DNA from: an uncultured Bacteroidales bacterium
GTDB taxonomy: Bacteria > Bacteroidota > Bacteroidia > Bacteroidales > Bacteroidaceae
Assembly (NCBI GenBank): GCA_937876995.1
Contig: CALEFD010000019.1
Location: forward strand, 7,858-71,857
DNA length: 64,000 nt
Direction of reading: 5' to 3'
The notes under the pieces are model-generated. The model did not search any database. It saw only the letters and a program-made list of their open reading frames with translations, and had not been told where the DNA came from. The position numbers and the translations under genes are program-made. This document shows positions 48,793-58,560 of this stretch, in pieces. Positions within the stretch are counted from its first letter, which is position 1, and each line of letters starts with the position of its first letter.

Positions 48793-51744
48793 ATGCAAAA
48801 CAAAGGATTCGTAAAGGTGCTTGCAGTAGCATTGACAGTTATCTGTCTCTTCTACCTCTCCTTTACCTTCAGAACCCGCGGCATAGAGAAGAGAGCCGCC
48901 GAAAGTCCAATGGGTGAACAGGCCTACCTGGACTCCGTAATGAATGAAAAGGTCTGGTTAGGTATTTATTCATACAAAGAGTGCCGTGAGATGCAGATTG
49001 GTCTGGGTCTTGACCTGAAAGGCGGTATGAACGTTATTTTGGAAGTTTCTGTTCCAGATGTTGTTAAGGCCCTTGCTAACAACACTGCAGACGCAAACTT
49101 CAACGCTGCTCTTTCTGCTGCCAAGAAGATTGCCGTAAACAGCCAGGAAAATTTCGTTGATATTTTCGCATCACAGTATAATCAGATTGTTCCTAATGGC
49201 AATTTGAATGTATTCTTTGCTACTTCACAGTTAAAAGACCGTATCAACGTACAGAGTTCTAACGAAACTGTGATTGAAGTTGTAAAAGAAGAGGTTGAAA
49301 ATGCCATTGACAACTCATTCAACGTACTCCGCACTCGTATTGACCGTTTCGGTGTTGCTCAGCCAAACATTCAGGAATTGGAAGGCAAGCAGGGTCGTAT
49401 CATGGTTGAACTTCCGGGTATTAAAGAACCAGAACGTGTAAGAAAACTCCTTCAGGGTTCTGCAAACCTTGAATTCTGGGAAACATACGATTATTCAGAA
49501 TTGGCAGACGCACTTTATGCTATAGATCGTCGTCTTGCAGAGATAGCTTCAACAGAAGATACTGCTAAGGAAGTTCCTGCTACAGAAGAAAATACAACAG
49601 AAGAAACAGAAGAAGCCGAAAGCGATTTAGCAGCTCTTTTGGGCAACGGAGAGAACAGCAATCTTACTACTACTCAGTTAGAAGAACTAAAGAAAACCAA
49701 TCCATTGCTATCAAGACTTAATCCTACAGGTGAAAATCGTTGCGTATTGGGCATAAGCCACTACAATGACACTGCAGCTGTTAACAAAATGTTGACATCA
49801 GAAGATGTTAAGACTCTTCTCCCAAGAGATTTGAAACTTGCTTGGGGTGTCAAAGCTATTGACAGCAAAGAACAGTACTACGAACTATATGCTCTTAAGG
49901 TTACAAACAAAAATGGTCAGGCAGCAATGACCGGTGAAGCTGTTTCAAATTCATCAGCAGATTTTGATATGCACGGAAGACCTTCTGTTAGCATGACAAT
50001 GAATACTGAGGGCGCACGCGAATGGGCTAAACTGACAAAACAGAATATAAACCGCGACATCGCCATTGTTTTGGACGGTTACGTATATAGTGCTCCAAAT
50101 GTAGAAAACGAAATCCCGGGTGGTAATTCACAGATTACTGGTTCTTTCACTGTAGAAGATACACAAGACTTGGCAAACGTACTTGAATCAGGTAAAATGC
50201 CTGCTCCTGCAAAGATTGTACAGGAAGATATAGTAGGACCTTCACTTGGTCAGGAATCAATCAGACAGGGTTTCATGTCATTTATAGTAGCATTCATCGT
50301 ATTGATGATTTACATGTGCGCTATGTACGGACTGGTTCCGGGTATGATTGCTAACGGTGCTTTGCTATGTAACCTGTTCTTCACATTGGGTATCCTTACA
50401 TCATTCCAGGCTGCTCTTACTATGTCAGGTATTGCAGGTATCGTACTGACATTAGGTATGGCAGTGGATGCTAACGTACTTATATACGAACGTACAAAAG
50501 AAGAGTTGAAAGCCGGCAAGAGTGTTGCTTCTGCTATTGCAGATGGTTACAAGAATGCATTCTCTGCTATCTTCGACTCAAACTTCACATCTATTATTAC
50601 CGGTATTATCCTGTTCTACTTTGGTACAGGTCCTATCCGTGGTTTCGCTACCACACTTATCATCGGTATTATCTGTTCATTCTTTACAGCCGTATTCCTG
50701 ACAAGAATTGTTTACGAACACTATCTTGGAAAGGGTAAGTTGCAGAACCTTACATTCACAACAGGTATCTCAAAGAATTTGATGCAGAACACAAAAATCA
50801 AGTTTATGGAGATTGCAAAGAAATCATCTATAGTATTCGGTATTTTTGCAGTTGTTTGTCTGGCATTTATGCTGACACGCGGATTAAGCAAGAGTATTGA
50901 CTTTACCGGTGGTAGAAACTTTGTTATTCAGTTTGAACAACCTGTTGAACCGGAAGAAGTACGCGATATTTTGGAAGGTGTTATCACAGAAGATAACGTA
51001 AGCGCTATTGCTCTGGGTACAGACCACAAAACTATACGCGTAAGTACCAACTATCGCATTAACGAAGATTCTGAAAACATTGACTCAGAAATAGAAGAAT
51101 TCTTGTTCACTTCTTTGAAAGCAGCAGGCAAGTTAAGTTCTGATTTGGATTTGGCTACATTTATTGACAGAGACAACCGTGCAGGTGGTTCTATCATCAG
51201 TTCACAAAAGGTTGGTCCAAGTATTGCAGATGATATTACAAAGGGTGCTATCATCTCTGTAATTTTAGCGCTTGTTGCAATCTTCCTATACATCTTGTTA
51301 AGATTTAGAAATGTTGCCTACTCAATAGGTGCTATCGTAGCGTTAGGACTTGACACCTTATTTATAATGGGTCTCTATTCAATCTGCTGGGGATGGATGC
51401 CATTCTCACTTGAGATTGACCAGACATTCATTGGTGCTATACTTACTGCTATAGGTTACTCTATCAACGATAAGGTGGTTGTATTTGACCGTATTCGTGA
51501 ATATACTCATCTCTATCCAAAACGTGATAAGAAACAGTTATTCAACGATGCAGTAAATTCAACATTGGCACGTACCATCAACACATCACTCAGTACTTTG
51601 ATTGTTCTTTTGGCTATCTTCTTCTTGGGTGGTGACAGCATTCGTAGCTTTGCATTTGCAATGATACTTGGTGTTGTATTCGGTACTTGTTCATCAATCT
51701 TTATTGCTGCTCCTACAGCATATAGCATTATCAGAAAGAAATAA
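48793..51744 (+). CDS. secDF: Protein translocase subunit SecDF fusion
   Basis: 983 aa. SecD-type N-terminal TM plus large periplasmic domain (LGLDLKGGMNVILEV, IVLDGYVYSAPNV). Two RND-like 6-TM bundles (GIAGIVLTLGMAVDANVLIYER; GYSINDKVVVFDRIRE). Confidence 0.9.
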   Translation: MQNKGFVKVLAVALTVICLFYLSFTFRTRGIEKRAAESPMGEQAYLDSVMNEKVWLGIYSYKECREMQIGLGLDLKGGMNVILEVSVPDVVKALANNTADANFNAALSAAKKIAVNSQENFVDIFASQYNQIVPNGNLNVFFATSQLKDRINVQSSNETVIEVVKEEVENAIDNSFNVLRTRIDRFGVAQPNIQELEGKQGRIMVELPGIKEPERVRKLLQGSANLEFWETYDYSELADALYAIDRRLAEIASTEDTAKEVPATEENTTEETEEAESDLAALLGNGENSNLTTTQLEELKKTNPLLSRLNPTGENRCVLGISHYNDTAAVNKMLTSEDVKTLLPRDLKLAWGVKAIDSKEQYYELYALKVTNKNGQAAMTGEAVSNSSADFDMHGRPSVSMTMNTEGAREWAKLTKQNINRDIAIVLDGYVYSAPNVENEIPGGNSQITGSFTVEDTQDLANVLESGKMPAPAKIVQEDIVGPSLGQESIRQGFMSFIVAFIVLMIYMCAMYGLVPGMIANGALLCNLFFTLGILTSFQAALTMSGIAGIVLTLGMAVDANVLIYERTKEELKAGKSVASAIADGYKNAFSAIFDSNFTSIITGIILFYFGTGPIRGFATTLIIGIICSFFTAVFLTRIVYEHYLGKGKLQNLTFTTGISKNLMQNTKIKFMEIAKKSSIVFGIFAVVCLAFMLTRGLSKSIDFTGGRNFVIQFEQPVEPEEVRDILEGVITEDNVSAIALGTDHKTIRVSTNYRINEDSENIDSEIEEFLFTSLKAAGKLSSDLDLATFIDRDNRAGGSIISSQKVGPSIADDITKGAIISVILALVAIFLYILLRFRNVAYSIGAIVALGLDTLFIMGLYSICWGWMPFSLEIDQTFIGAILTAIGYSINDKVVVFDRIREYTHLYPKRDKKQLFNDAVNSTLARTINTSLSTLIVLLAIFFLGGDSIRSFAFAMILGVVFGTCSSIFIAAPTAYSIIRKK

Positions 51745-51764
51745 TCAACATTTTGATTATATAG

Positions 51765-51796
51765 AAAACGCTCCCAAATCCTGGGAGCGTTTTTTT
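51765..51796 (+). terminator. Rho-independent terminator after secDF
   Basis: AAAACGCTCCCA (51765-51776), loop AATCC, TGGGAGCGTTTT (51782-51793), running into a T tract. Confidence 0.8.
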
Positions 51797-51894
51797 GTAA
51801 CACTTATTTTTTGTGATAAATTTCAAATTTATTTGTACACGTTTTGAAAATTTATTCTTATAATTGCAAATCTACAAACTTAATTACATTTATT

Positions 51895-53553
51895 ATGAGA
51901 CAGTTCTTTATAAAAAACAAGTTTAATGCATTGGTATTAACTCTTGCATTTTTTACATCTCTATCAGCTTTTGCGCAACAAGATGGTTATCCAGAATTTG
52001 AAGACAGTAAGATGTGGATATATGAAGATGGCAGCGCCAAAGTGCTTACATTCGACGGCGTAGAAGCTACTATGCCATTAAAAAAGGTTGCCAAGTATCT
52101 TAAAAAGTACAAAGGTTACAACACCACCAGAATGTCAATTAGAATAGAAGACGAAAGTACAAGCCTAAGTAGCGTAATGCCATTGGCAAAACAGCTCAAA
52201 AAAGCCGGTATAAAAGTGGCAGTTGCGAACAACGATGATATGTTTCAGAGTATGACTATGCCTGAATACAGACGAGCCTACATCTACGACGAAGGAGACG
52301 GATATTATAAATTTGAATTGAATTGCAACAATCAGAACAGCATTAGAAGTAGAAATAATATTATGATTGGCGGTTCCTCTTCTAAATCACATAAAAATAT
52401 CTCTGTAATTGGTGATTTAAAAATGATGAAAGAGTGGATTTCAATGTTCGATGGTCACGGTATAGCTATATTCCCGGAAGATATGCCATATTCCGATGTA
52501 CAACAGATGGCAGAAACAGCTTGGAAATCTGGCATAGGACAGGTATCTCTTATTACAATAGACAAAGATTTAACTGCATTTACCAACTATCCATATTACA
52601 TTACACTTATTCCACAAAACTGCGATTGGAACAAAACATATCCTAAACATAGTGCAACAGAAATTATAAAACTACGTAAAGAGGAACTTTCTGCTTCCAC
52701 TTATTCAACTGATAATGATAGAGAAAGAATAGACCATCCCCTTACACAATACAACACAAACTCGTTATTCTTTAATCCTACTCATGTAATTTCAAACGAC
52801 AAGGAATTTGTACTTGGTGTAAAAGCAACGCAAGGCAATGATTTATGGATAACAGGAAAAAGCGGTCTTGAATTGAGGGCAGGTGGTAAAACATATAAAC
52901 AGACCGGTTATAAAGGTTTAGATGGTTTTGAGAACGTATATTTCTGGGCTCCTATTGCAGGATCATTTAACGAAATATTGACCTTTGAACCTATCCCGGC
53001 AGACGTTGCAATGGTAGATATCTACGATAGCAGTGACAACAGTTTGGTTATTAAAGGATTGGAAGTTTCCAGTGAATACAAGAACATAGAACAGCCCATA
53101 TCTTCATTAGTAGCCGGTCATTACATATTCAAATTTAAAGGCGAACACGATATGTTAGATGCATTAAGCATTGAAAGAGCTGAATTCTCATCTACAGAAA
53201 CCACTCTCTATATGCAGATGTCCATAATGGAGCCACATTCGTTCAAAGGACACGTAGGCAGTGATTTCACCCTGACCTTCCCTAACGGCAAAGAATTAAA
53301 AGCCATAAGATACGAAGGTGTAGAAACCGATGTTGATTTCAACAGAGGCGGAGACCACGTAACTACATACTTCCAGATTGTATTCCCACACATTTCCGAT
53401 ACAGAATGGCCATTGCATAATAGTTCGGATATTCCTGAAGAAGATATTATCAGACCGGTACTGAAAGGAACCCTATGCCACGAAAAAATTGAGATGGAAT
53501 TACACAGATCGATAAACTATAGGCCACAATCCTATATAATTCGCCTTGAATAA
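51895..53553 (+). CDS. Secreted hypothetical protein (start revised to ATG 51895)
   Basis: The ORF track start at 51844 is a TTG. ATG 51895 gives MRQFFIKNKFNALVLTLAFFTSLSAFAQQ (signal peptide). I recognise no family with confidence. Confidence 0.5.
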   Translation: MRQFFIKNKFNALVLTLAFFTSLSAFAQQDGYPEFEDSKMWIYEDGSAKVLTFDGVEATMPLKKVAKYLKKYKGYNTTRMSIRIEDESTSLSSVMPLAKQLKKAGIKVAVANNDDMFQSMTMPEYRRAYIYDEGDGYYKFELNCNNQNSIRSRNNIMIGGSSSKSHKNISVIGDLKMMKEWISMFDGHGIAIFPEDMPYSDVQQMAETAWKSGIGQVSLITIDKDLTAFTNYPYYITLIPQNCDWNKTYPKHSATEIIKLRKEELSASTYSTDNDRERIDHPLTQYNTNSLFFNPTHVISNDKEFVLGVKATQGNDLWITGKSGLELRAGGKTYKQTGYKGLDGFENVYFWAPIAGSFNEILTFEPIPADVAMVDIYDSSDNSLVIKGLEVSSEYKNIEQPISSLVAGHYIFKFKGEHDMLDALSIERAEFSSTETTLYMQMSIMEPHSFKGHVGSDFTLTFPNGKELKAIRYEGVETDVDFNRGGDHVTTYFQIVFPHISDTEWPLHNSSDIPEEDIIRPVLKGTLCHEKIEMELHRSINYRPQSYIIRLE

Positions 53554-53573
53554 GAGTAAAATCAGATATGCAT

Positions 53574-53612
53574 AAGGTGGTGCACTTATAAAGGTGTACC
53601 ACCTTATTTTAT
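53574..53612 (+). terminator. Rho-independent terminator
   Basis: AAGGTGGTGCAC (53574-53585), 8-nt loop, GTGTACCACCTT (53594-53605; one G-U pair), followed by ATTTTATT. Confidence 0.7.
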
Positions 53613-53736
53613 TATACTGCTTTCATCTTCTTTGAAATAATGTATAATTATTTGCATATTTATTCATATATACAATATTTTCAGAGTTTTTCGTATAAAA
53701 TATGCAAAATATGATACAAGAAATGAATTATTTTAG

Positions 53737-53744
53737 TAATTTTG
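53737..53744 (+). promoter_or_regulatory. Candidate -7 promoter box (TAATTTTG) for korAB
   Basis: TAnnTTTG match 41 nt upstream of ATG 53785. Confidence 0.45.
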
Positions 53745-53784
53745 CAACGTCAAAAATGAAAAAATATTCAACTATATAGATATT

Positions 53785-55617
53785 ATGACTGTAAAAGAAT
53801 TAGATCAGGTAGTAGTACGCTTTTCAGGTGACTCAGGAGATGGAATGCAACTTGCAGGAAATATCTTCTCTACAGTATCGGCTACTGTAGGCAACAGTAT
53901 CTGTACATTTCCGGATTATCCGGCTGACATCCGCGCTCCGCAAGGCTCGCTGACTGGTGTTTCAGGTTTTCAGGTACATATAGGCGCTGACAAGGTATTT
54001 ACACCGGGCGACAAGTGCAACGTGCTGGTAGCTATGAATCCGGCAGCTCTAAAAACACAGTACAAGTTCTGTGCTTCCGATGCTGTTATCATTGTAGATA
54101 CAGACGCTTTCGGAGCTAAAGATCTGGAAAAAGCAGAATTCAAGACAGATAACCCATTCGAAGAGATGGGTATTAAAAATACAGTTATCCAGGCTCCTAT
54201 CTCTACTATGTGTAAGGAGAGTCTGAAAGATAGCGGTATGGACAACAAATCTATCCTGAAATGCAGAAATATTTTTGCTGTAGGATTGGTATGCTGGTTG
54301 TTTGACCGTAAGCTCTCACTGGCAGAAGATATGCTGAGATCTAAATTTGCCAAGAAACCTGCTATTGCAGAGGCAAACATTAAAATACTTAATGACGGTT
54401 ACAACTACGGCCATAATGTAGCTGCTAACGGAGCTACAGTTTATCGTATAGAATCTGATGCAAAAGAGAAAGGCCGTTATATGGACATTAACGGTAACAA
54501 AGCTACCGCATACGGTCTTATTGCAGCGGCAGAGAAATCAGGATTACAGCTATATTTAGGTTCATATCCTATTACACCTGCTACAGATATTCTGCACGAA
54601 CTTTCCAAACAGAAATCACTGGGTGTTATCACCGTTCAGTGTGAAGATGAAATAGCAGGTTGCGCTTCTGCACTGGGAGCTTCATACGCAGGTGCATTGG
54701 CAGTAACCACCACATCGGGACCCGGTATCTGCCTAAAGAGCGAAGCCATGAATCTGGCTGTTATAGCAGAACTTCCATTGGTTGTTATAGATGTTCAACG
54801 TGGCGGTCCGTCAACAGGTCTCCCAACCAAGAGCGAACAGACAGACCTGCTTCAAGTACTATTTGGAAGAAACGGTGAAAGTCCAATGCCTGTTATTGCA
54901 GCAACTACCCCCACCGACTGTTTCGATGCAGCTTATCAGGCAGCAAAAATAGCATTGGAATATATGACACCGGTTGTACTTCTTACCGACGCATTTATAG
55001 CAAACGGTTCAGCTGCATGGAAACTTCCAAATCTGGCTGAATATCCTGAAATAAAAGCTCCATTTGTAACCCCCGATATGGCAGGTAACTGGACACCATA
55101 CATGCGTAATCCTGAAACAGGCGCACGCTATTGGGCAGTTCCAGGCACAGAGGGCTTTATGCATCGCATAGGCGGTCTGGAAAAGAGCGCAGCAACAGGT
55201 GCTATATCAAACGACCCTGAAAATCACCATCAGATGACATTGACACGTCAGGCAAAGGTAGATAATATTAAAGTGCCCGATTTAGTAGTTGAGGGCAACC
55301 CAGATGCAGACCTGTTGGTTGTTGGTTTTGGTGGCACATACGGTCATCTGCTATCTGCGGTTAACGAAATGAACGCAAACGGCAACAAAGCAGCATTAGC
55401 ACACTTCAAGTACCTGAATCCGCTGCCAAAGAACACAGCAGAAGTACTTAAAAAGTACAAGAAGGTGGTAGTGGCAGAACAGAACCTTGGACAGTTAGCT
55501 GCATATTTGAGAATGAAGATAGAGGGTATTAAGTTGGAACAGTTCAACGAAGTTAAAGGACAGCCTTTTGCAACCTCTACTTTAGTAAACTATTTTACAG
55601 AACTTATAAAGAAATAA
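53785..55617 (+). CDS. korA: 2-oxoglutarate/2-oxoacid:ferredoxin oxidoreductase subunit alpha
   Basis: 610 aa. The N-terminal gamma-like domain (VVRFSGDSGDGMQLAG) is fused to the alpha domain (GNKATAYGLIAAAEKSG, YPITPATDI, TTTSGPG). Followed 3 nt later by the beta subunit gene. Confidence 0.8.
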   Translation: MTVKELDQVVVRFSGDSGDGMQLAGNIFSTVSATVGNSICTFPDYPADIRAPQGSLTGVSGFQVHIGADKVFTPGDKCNVLVAMNPAALKTQYKFCASDAVIIVDTDAFGAKDLEKAEFKTDNPFEEMGIKNTVIQAPISTMCKESLKDSGMDNKSILKCRNIFAVGLVCWLFDRKLSLAEDMLRSKFAKKPAIAEANIKILNDGYNYGHNVAANGATVYRIESDAKEKGRYMDINGNKATAYGLIAAAEKSGLQLYLGSYPITPATDILHELSKQKSLGVITVQCEDEIAGCASALGASYAGALAVTTTSGPGICLKSEAMNLAVIAELPLVVIDVQRGGPSTGLPTKSEQTDLLQVLFGRNGESPMPVIAATTPTDCFDAAYQAAKIALEYMTPVVLLTDAFIANGSAAWKLPNLAEYPEIKAPFVTPDMAGNWTPYMRNPETGARYWAVPGTEGFMHRIGGLEKSAATGAISNDPENHHQMTLTRQAKVDNIKVPDLVVEGNPDADLLVVGFGGTYGHLLSAVNEMNANGNKAALAHFKYLNPLPKNTAEVLKKYKKVVVAEQNLGQLAAYLRMKIEGIKLEQFNEVKGQPFATSTLVNYFTELIKK

Positions 55618-55620
55618 GAT

Positions 55621-56634
55621 ATGGCAAACGAATGTAAATATACTGCACAGGATTTCAAAGCAGGACAACCACGTTGGTGTCCGGGCTGTGGTGACCATGC
55701 TCTACTTGCAGCACTGCACAAAGCAATGGCAGAAATAGGCGTAGCCCCACATAACACCGCTGTAATATCAGGTATAGGTTGCTCTTCAAGATTGCCATAC
55801 TATATGAACACCTACGGTTTTCACACCATACATGGCCGTGCTGCCGCCATTGCAACAGGTGCCAAAGTGGCAAATCCCGATTTAACCATTTGGCAGATTT
55901 CAGGTGATGGCGATGGATTGGCTATTGGTGGCAACCACTTTATACATGCAATGCGTCGTAACATAGACCTGAATATGATTCTTCTGAATAACCGCGTATA
56001 TGGTCTTACCAAAGGTCAGTATTCGCCTACATCGGTACGTGGTTTTGTAAGTAAATCATCACCATACGGCACAGTAGAAGATCCATTCCGCCCCGCAGAA
56101 CTCTGCTTTGGCGCACGCGGACACTTCTTTGCACGCTGCGTAGCTGTAGATGCTCCCGGTTGCGTAGATGTTCTAAAGGCAGCTGCAAAACATAAAGGTG
56201 CGTCTGTTACAGAAGTGCTTCAGAACTGCGTAATCTTTAATGACGGTACACACGCTGATGTTTATACAAAAGAGGGACGTGCCAAAAACGCCATCTACCT
56301 AAAGCATGGAGAACCAATGTTGTTTGGTGAAAACAACGAATTTGGTTTGATGCAGGAAGGTTTTGGACTGAAAGTTGTAAAATTGGGCGAAAACGGAATA
56401 ACCGAAAAAGATATTTTGGTACACGATGCACATTGTGAAGATTGCACTCTGCAACTGAAACTCGCCATGATGGAAGGCCCCGATTTCCCTGTAGCACTTG
56501 GTGTAATACGCGATGTTGATGCTCCTACCTACAACGATGCTGTTCATCAGCAGATAGAAGAGGTAAAACAGCAGAAGAAGTACCACACATTTGCCGAACT
56601 GCTTGAAACCAACGACATTTGGGAAGTTAAGTAA
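55621..56634 (+). CDS. korB: 2-oxoglutarate/2-oxoacid:ferredoxin oxidoreductase subunit beta (TPP-binding)
   Basis: 337 aa. WCPGCGDH cysteine motif. TPP-binding GDGD...NNRVYGLTKGQ. Confidence 0.8.
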   Translation: MANECKYTAQDFKAGQPRWCPGCGDHALLAALHKAMAEIGVAPHNTAVISGIGCSSRLPYYMNTYGFHTIHGRAAAIATGAKVANPDLTIWQISGDGDGLAIGGNHFIHAMRRNIDLNMILLNNRVYGLTKGQYSPTSVRGFVSKSSPYGTVEDPFRPAELCFGARGHFFARCVAVDAPGCVDVLKAAAKHKGASVTEVLQNCVIFNDGTHADVYTKEGRAKNAIYLKHGEPMLFGENNEFGLMQEGFGLKVVKLGENGITEKDILVHDAHCEDCTLQLKLAMMEGPDFPVALGVIRDVDAPTYNDAVHQQIEEVKQQKKYHTFAELLETNDIWEVK

Positions 56635-56658
56635 CTATACTTAAAACATATATAACTT

Positions 56659-56696
56659 AGAATTAGTCTTCAAATTGGGGACTAATTCTTTTTTTA
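56659..56696 (+). terminator. Rho-independent terminator after korB
   Basis: AGAATTAGTC (56659-56668) and GACTAATTCT (56680-56689) form a perfect 10-bp stem, followed by a T tract. Confidence 0.75.
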
Positions 56697-56711
56697 TATC
56701 AACCACTTTTG

Positions 56712-56719
56712 TAACTTTG
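56712..56719 (+). promoter_or_regulatory. Candidate -7 promoter box (TAACTTTG)
   Basis: TAnnTTTG match 17 nt upstream of ATG 56736, implying a very short leader. Confidence 0.4.
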
Positions 56720-56735
56720 GTAAAAATTTATCATT

Positions 56736-58523
56736 ATGACAGTAAAAGAAAGAATAGAAAACTTGCGTAATTATATGCAACAGTGGGGTTGGAGTGCAGC
56801 AATTATAAGTGGTTCAGATCCTCACAACAGCGAATATACACCGGAAAGATGGCGTCAGAGAGCCTTTATAAGCGGTTTTACAGGTTCAGCCGGTACAGTA
56901 ATAGTAACTATGAACCATGCAGGTCTGTGGACCGATTCACGCTATTTTATTCAGGCAAACAAAGAATTAGAGGGTAGCGGAGTGGAACTGCACAAAGTTT
57001 CACAACCTGACAGCACAGAGTGGTGCAGTTGGCTGGGCAACAACCTGCCAAATGGTGGAACAGTAGGCATAGACGGACTATGTATGAGCAGTGCCGTTGT
57101 TGCAGAGATTGAAGAGTGTATAGCATCTGCAAACGGAAAAATAGAATCAAAAGCAGACTATCTAAACGAAATTTGGACAGACAGACCATCACTTCCACTA
57201 GAAAAAATCTGGCTGCACGACGTTAAATTTGCAGGTCGTCCCGTATCGGACAAACTGCAATGGCTGCGAATGCTTATGGCCGATGCTGAATGTAATTATA
57301 TGCTTATCACCTGTTTGGACCAGGTAGCCTGGTTACTAAACATACGTTCTGCCGATGTTGCATACTGCCCGTTTGTTATCTCTTATCTGCTGGTAGATAC
57401 AGAAAAGGCAGTGCTATTTGTAGAGACAAGTAAAGTTACTCCGGAAGTATCGGATGCATTTTCAGCCGATGCTATAGATGTACTACCATATTCTGATGTT
57501 GCGCAGTACATTACAAATCTGCAACCTGACGGAAATATATTCATAGATCCACAAACCCTGAACTTTGAACTTGAACTGGCTGTTAAAGCAGCTTTCAAAG
57601 AGAATATAGTATGCGGAACATCGCCTGTAGAGCTGGAAAAATCACTTAAAAACAAGGTAGAACAAGAGGGATTCAAACAGGCATATATTCGTGACGGAAT
57701 AGCACAGACACGTTTCTTCCACTGGCTGGAAGATGCCATGGCAGCAGGTACTACACTAACAGAATGCGATGTAGCCGATAAACTGCACGAATTCCGCGCA
57801 GAACAGCCTGGCTTTATTGATGAAAGTTTCCATACAATCTCAGCATACGGAGAGAATGCAGCACTTCCGCACTATTCAACCGAACCGGGCAAAGACGCAA
57901 CACTGAAGCCTTGCGGTCTCTATTTGGTAGATAGCGGAGCTCACTACGACTGCGGTACTACCGATATTACACGTACCATACCATTAGGTCCAACCACAGA
58001 ACTGGAAAAAACAGACTATACTCTGAACATGAAAGCCATGATTAATTTGGCTACCATCATATTCCCGGAAGGAACTCCCGGCTGCCGTCTGGATGCAGTA
58101 TGCAGACGTCCGCTATGGCTTACTATGCGTAACTACGGACACGGTACAGGACATGGCGTAGGAAATCTGCTTTCAGTACACGAAGGTCCGCAAACCATAC
58201 GTCAGAATATGAAAGACCAGCCGCTTATGCCGGGTATGATAACTTCTGACGAACCGGGTGTATATCGCGAAGGCAGTCATGGCATACGTCACGAAAACAT
58301 GATAATCTGCGTTCCCGCAGGCGAAAACGAATTTGGCAAATGGTTAAAGTTCGAAACCATTACCAGAACCTATTTCGACACAGGCGCTATCATTCCTGAA
58401 CTACTTACAGACGAAGAACGCGAATGGCTGAACAGCTTTAACAAAACTGTTTTCGACACCTTGAAACCGTATCTTTCAACAGAAGATTCAGATTGGTTAA
58501 AGAGCAAAACAAAAGCCATTTAA
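56736..58523 (+). CDS. M24-family Xaa-Pro aminopeptidase (aminopeptidase P-like)
   Basis: 595 aa. Two creatinase-like N-terminal domains, then a pita-bread catalytic domain: LVDSGAHYDCGTTDITRT, GHGTGHGVG, SDEPGVY, HENM. Confidence 0.8.
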   Translation: MTVKERIENLRNYMQQWGWSAAIISGSDPHNSEYTPERWRQRAFISGFTGSAGTVIVTMNHAGLWTDSRYFIQANKELEGSGVELHKVSQPDSTEWCSWLGNNLPNGGTVGIDGLCMSSAVVAEIEECIASANGKIESKADYLNEIWTDRPSLPLEKIWLHDVKFAGRPVSDKLQWLRMLMADAECNYMLITCLDQVAWLLNIRSADVAYCPFVISYLLVDTEKAVLFVETSKVTPEVSDAFSADAIDVLPYSDVAQYITNLQPDGNIFIDPQTLNFELELAVKAAFKENIVCGTSPVELEKSLKNKVEQEGFKQAYIRDGIAQTRFFHWLEDAMAAGTTLTECDVADKLHEFRAEQPGFIDESFHTISAYGENAALPHYSTEPGKDATLKPCGLYLVDSGAHYDCGTTDITRTIPLGPTTELEKTDYTLNMKAMINLATIIFPEGTPGCRLDAVCRRPLWLTMRNYGHGTGHGVGNLLSVHEGPQTIRQNMKDQPLMPGMITSDEPGVYREGSHGIRHENMIICVPAGENEFGKWLKFETITRTYFDTGAIIPELLTDEEREWLNSFNKTVFDTLKPYLSTEDSDWLKSKTKAI

Positions 58524-58560
58524 GAAACTGACTTCAATTTCTGTAAAACAACAGATTATT

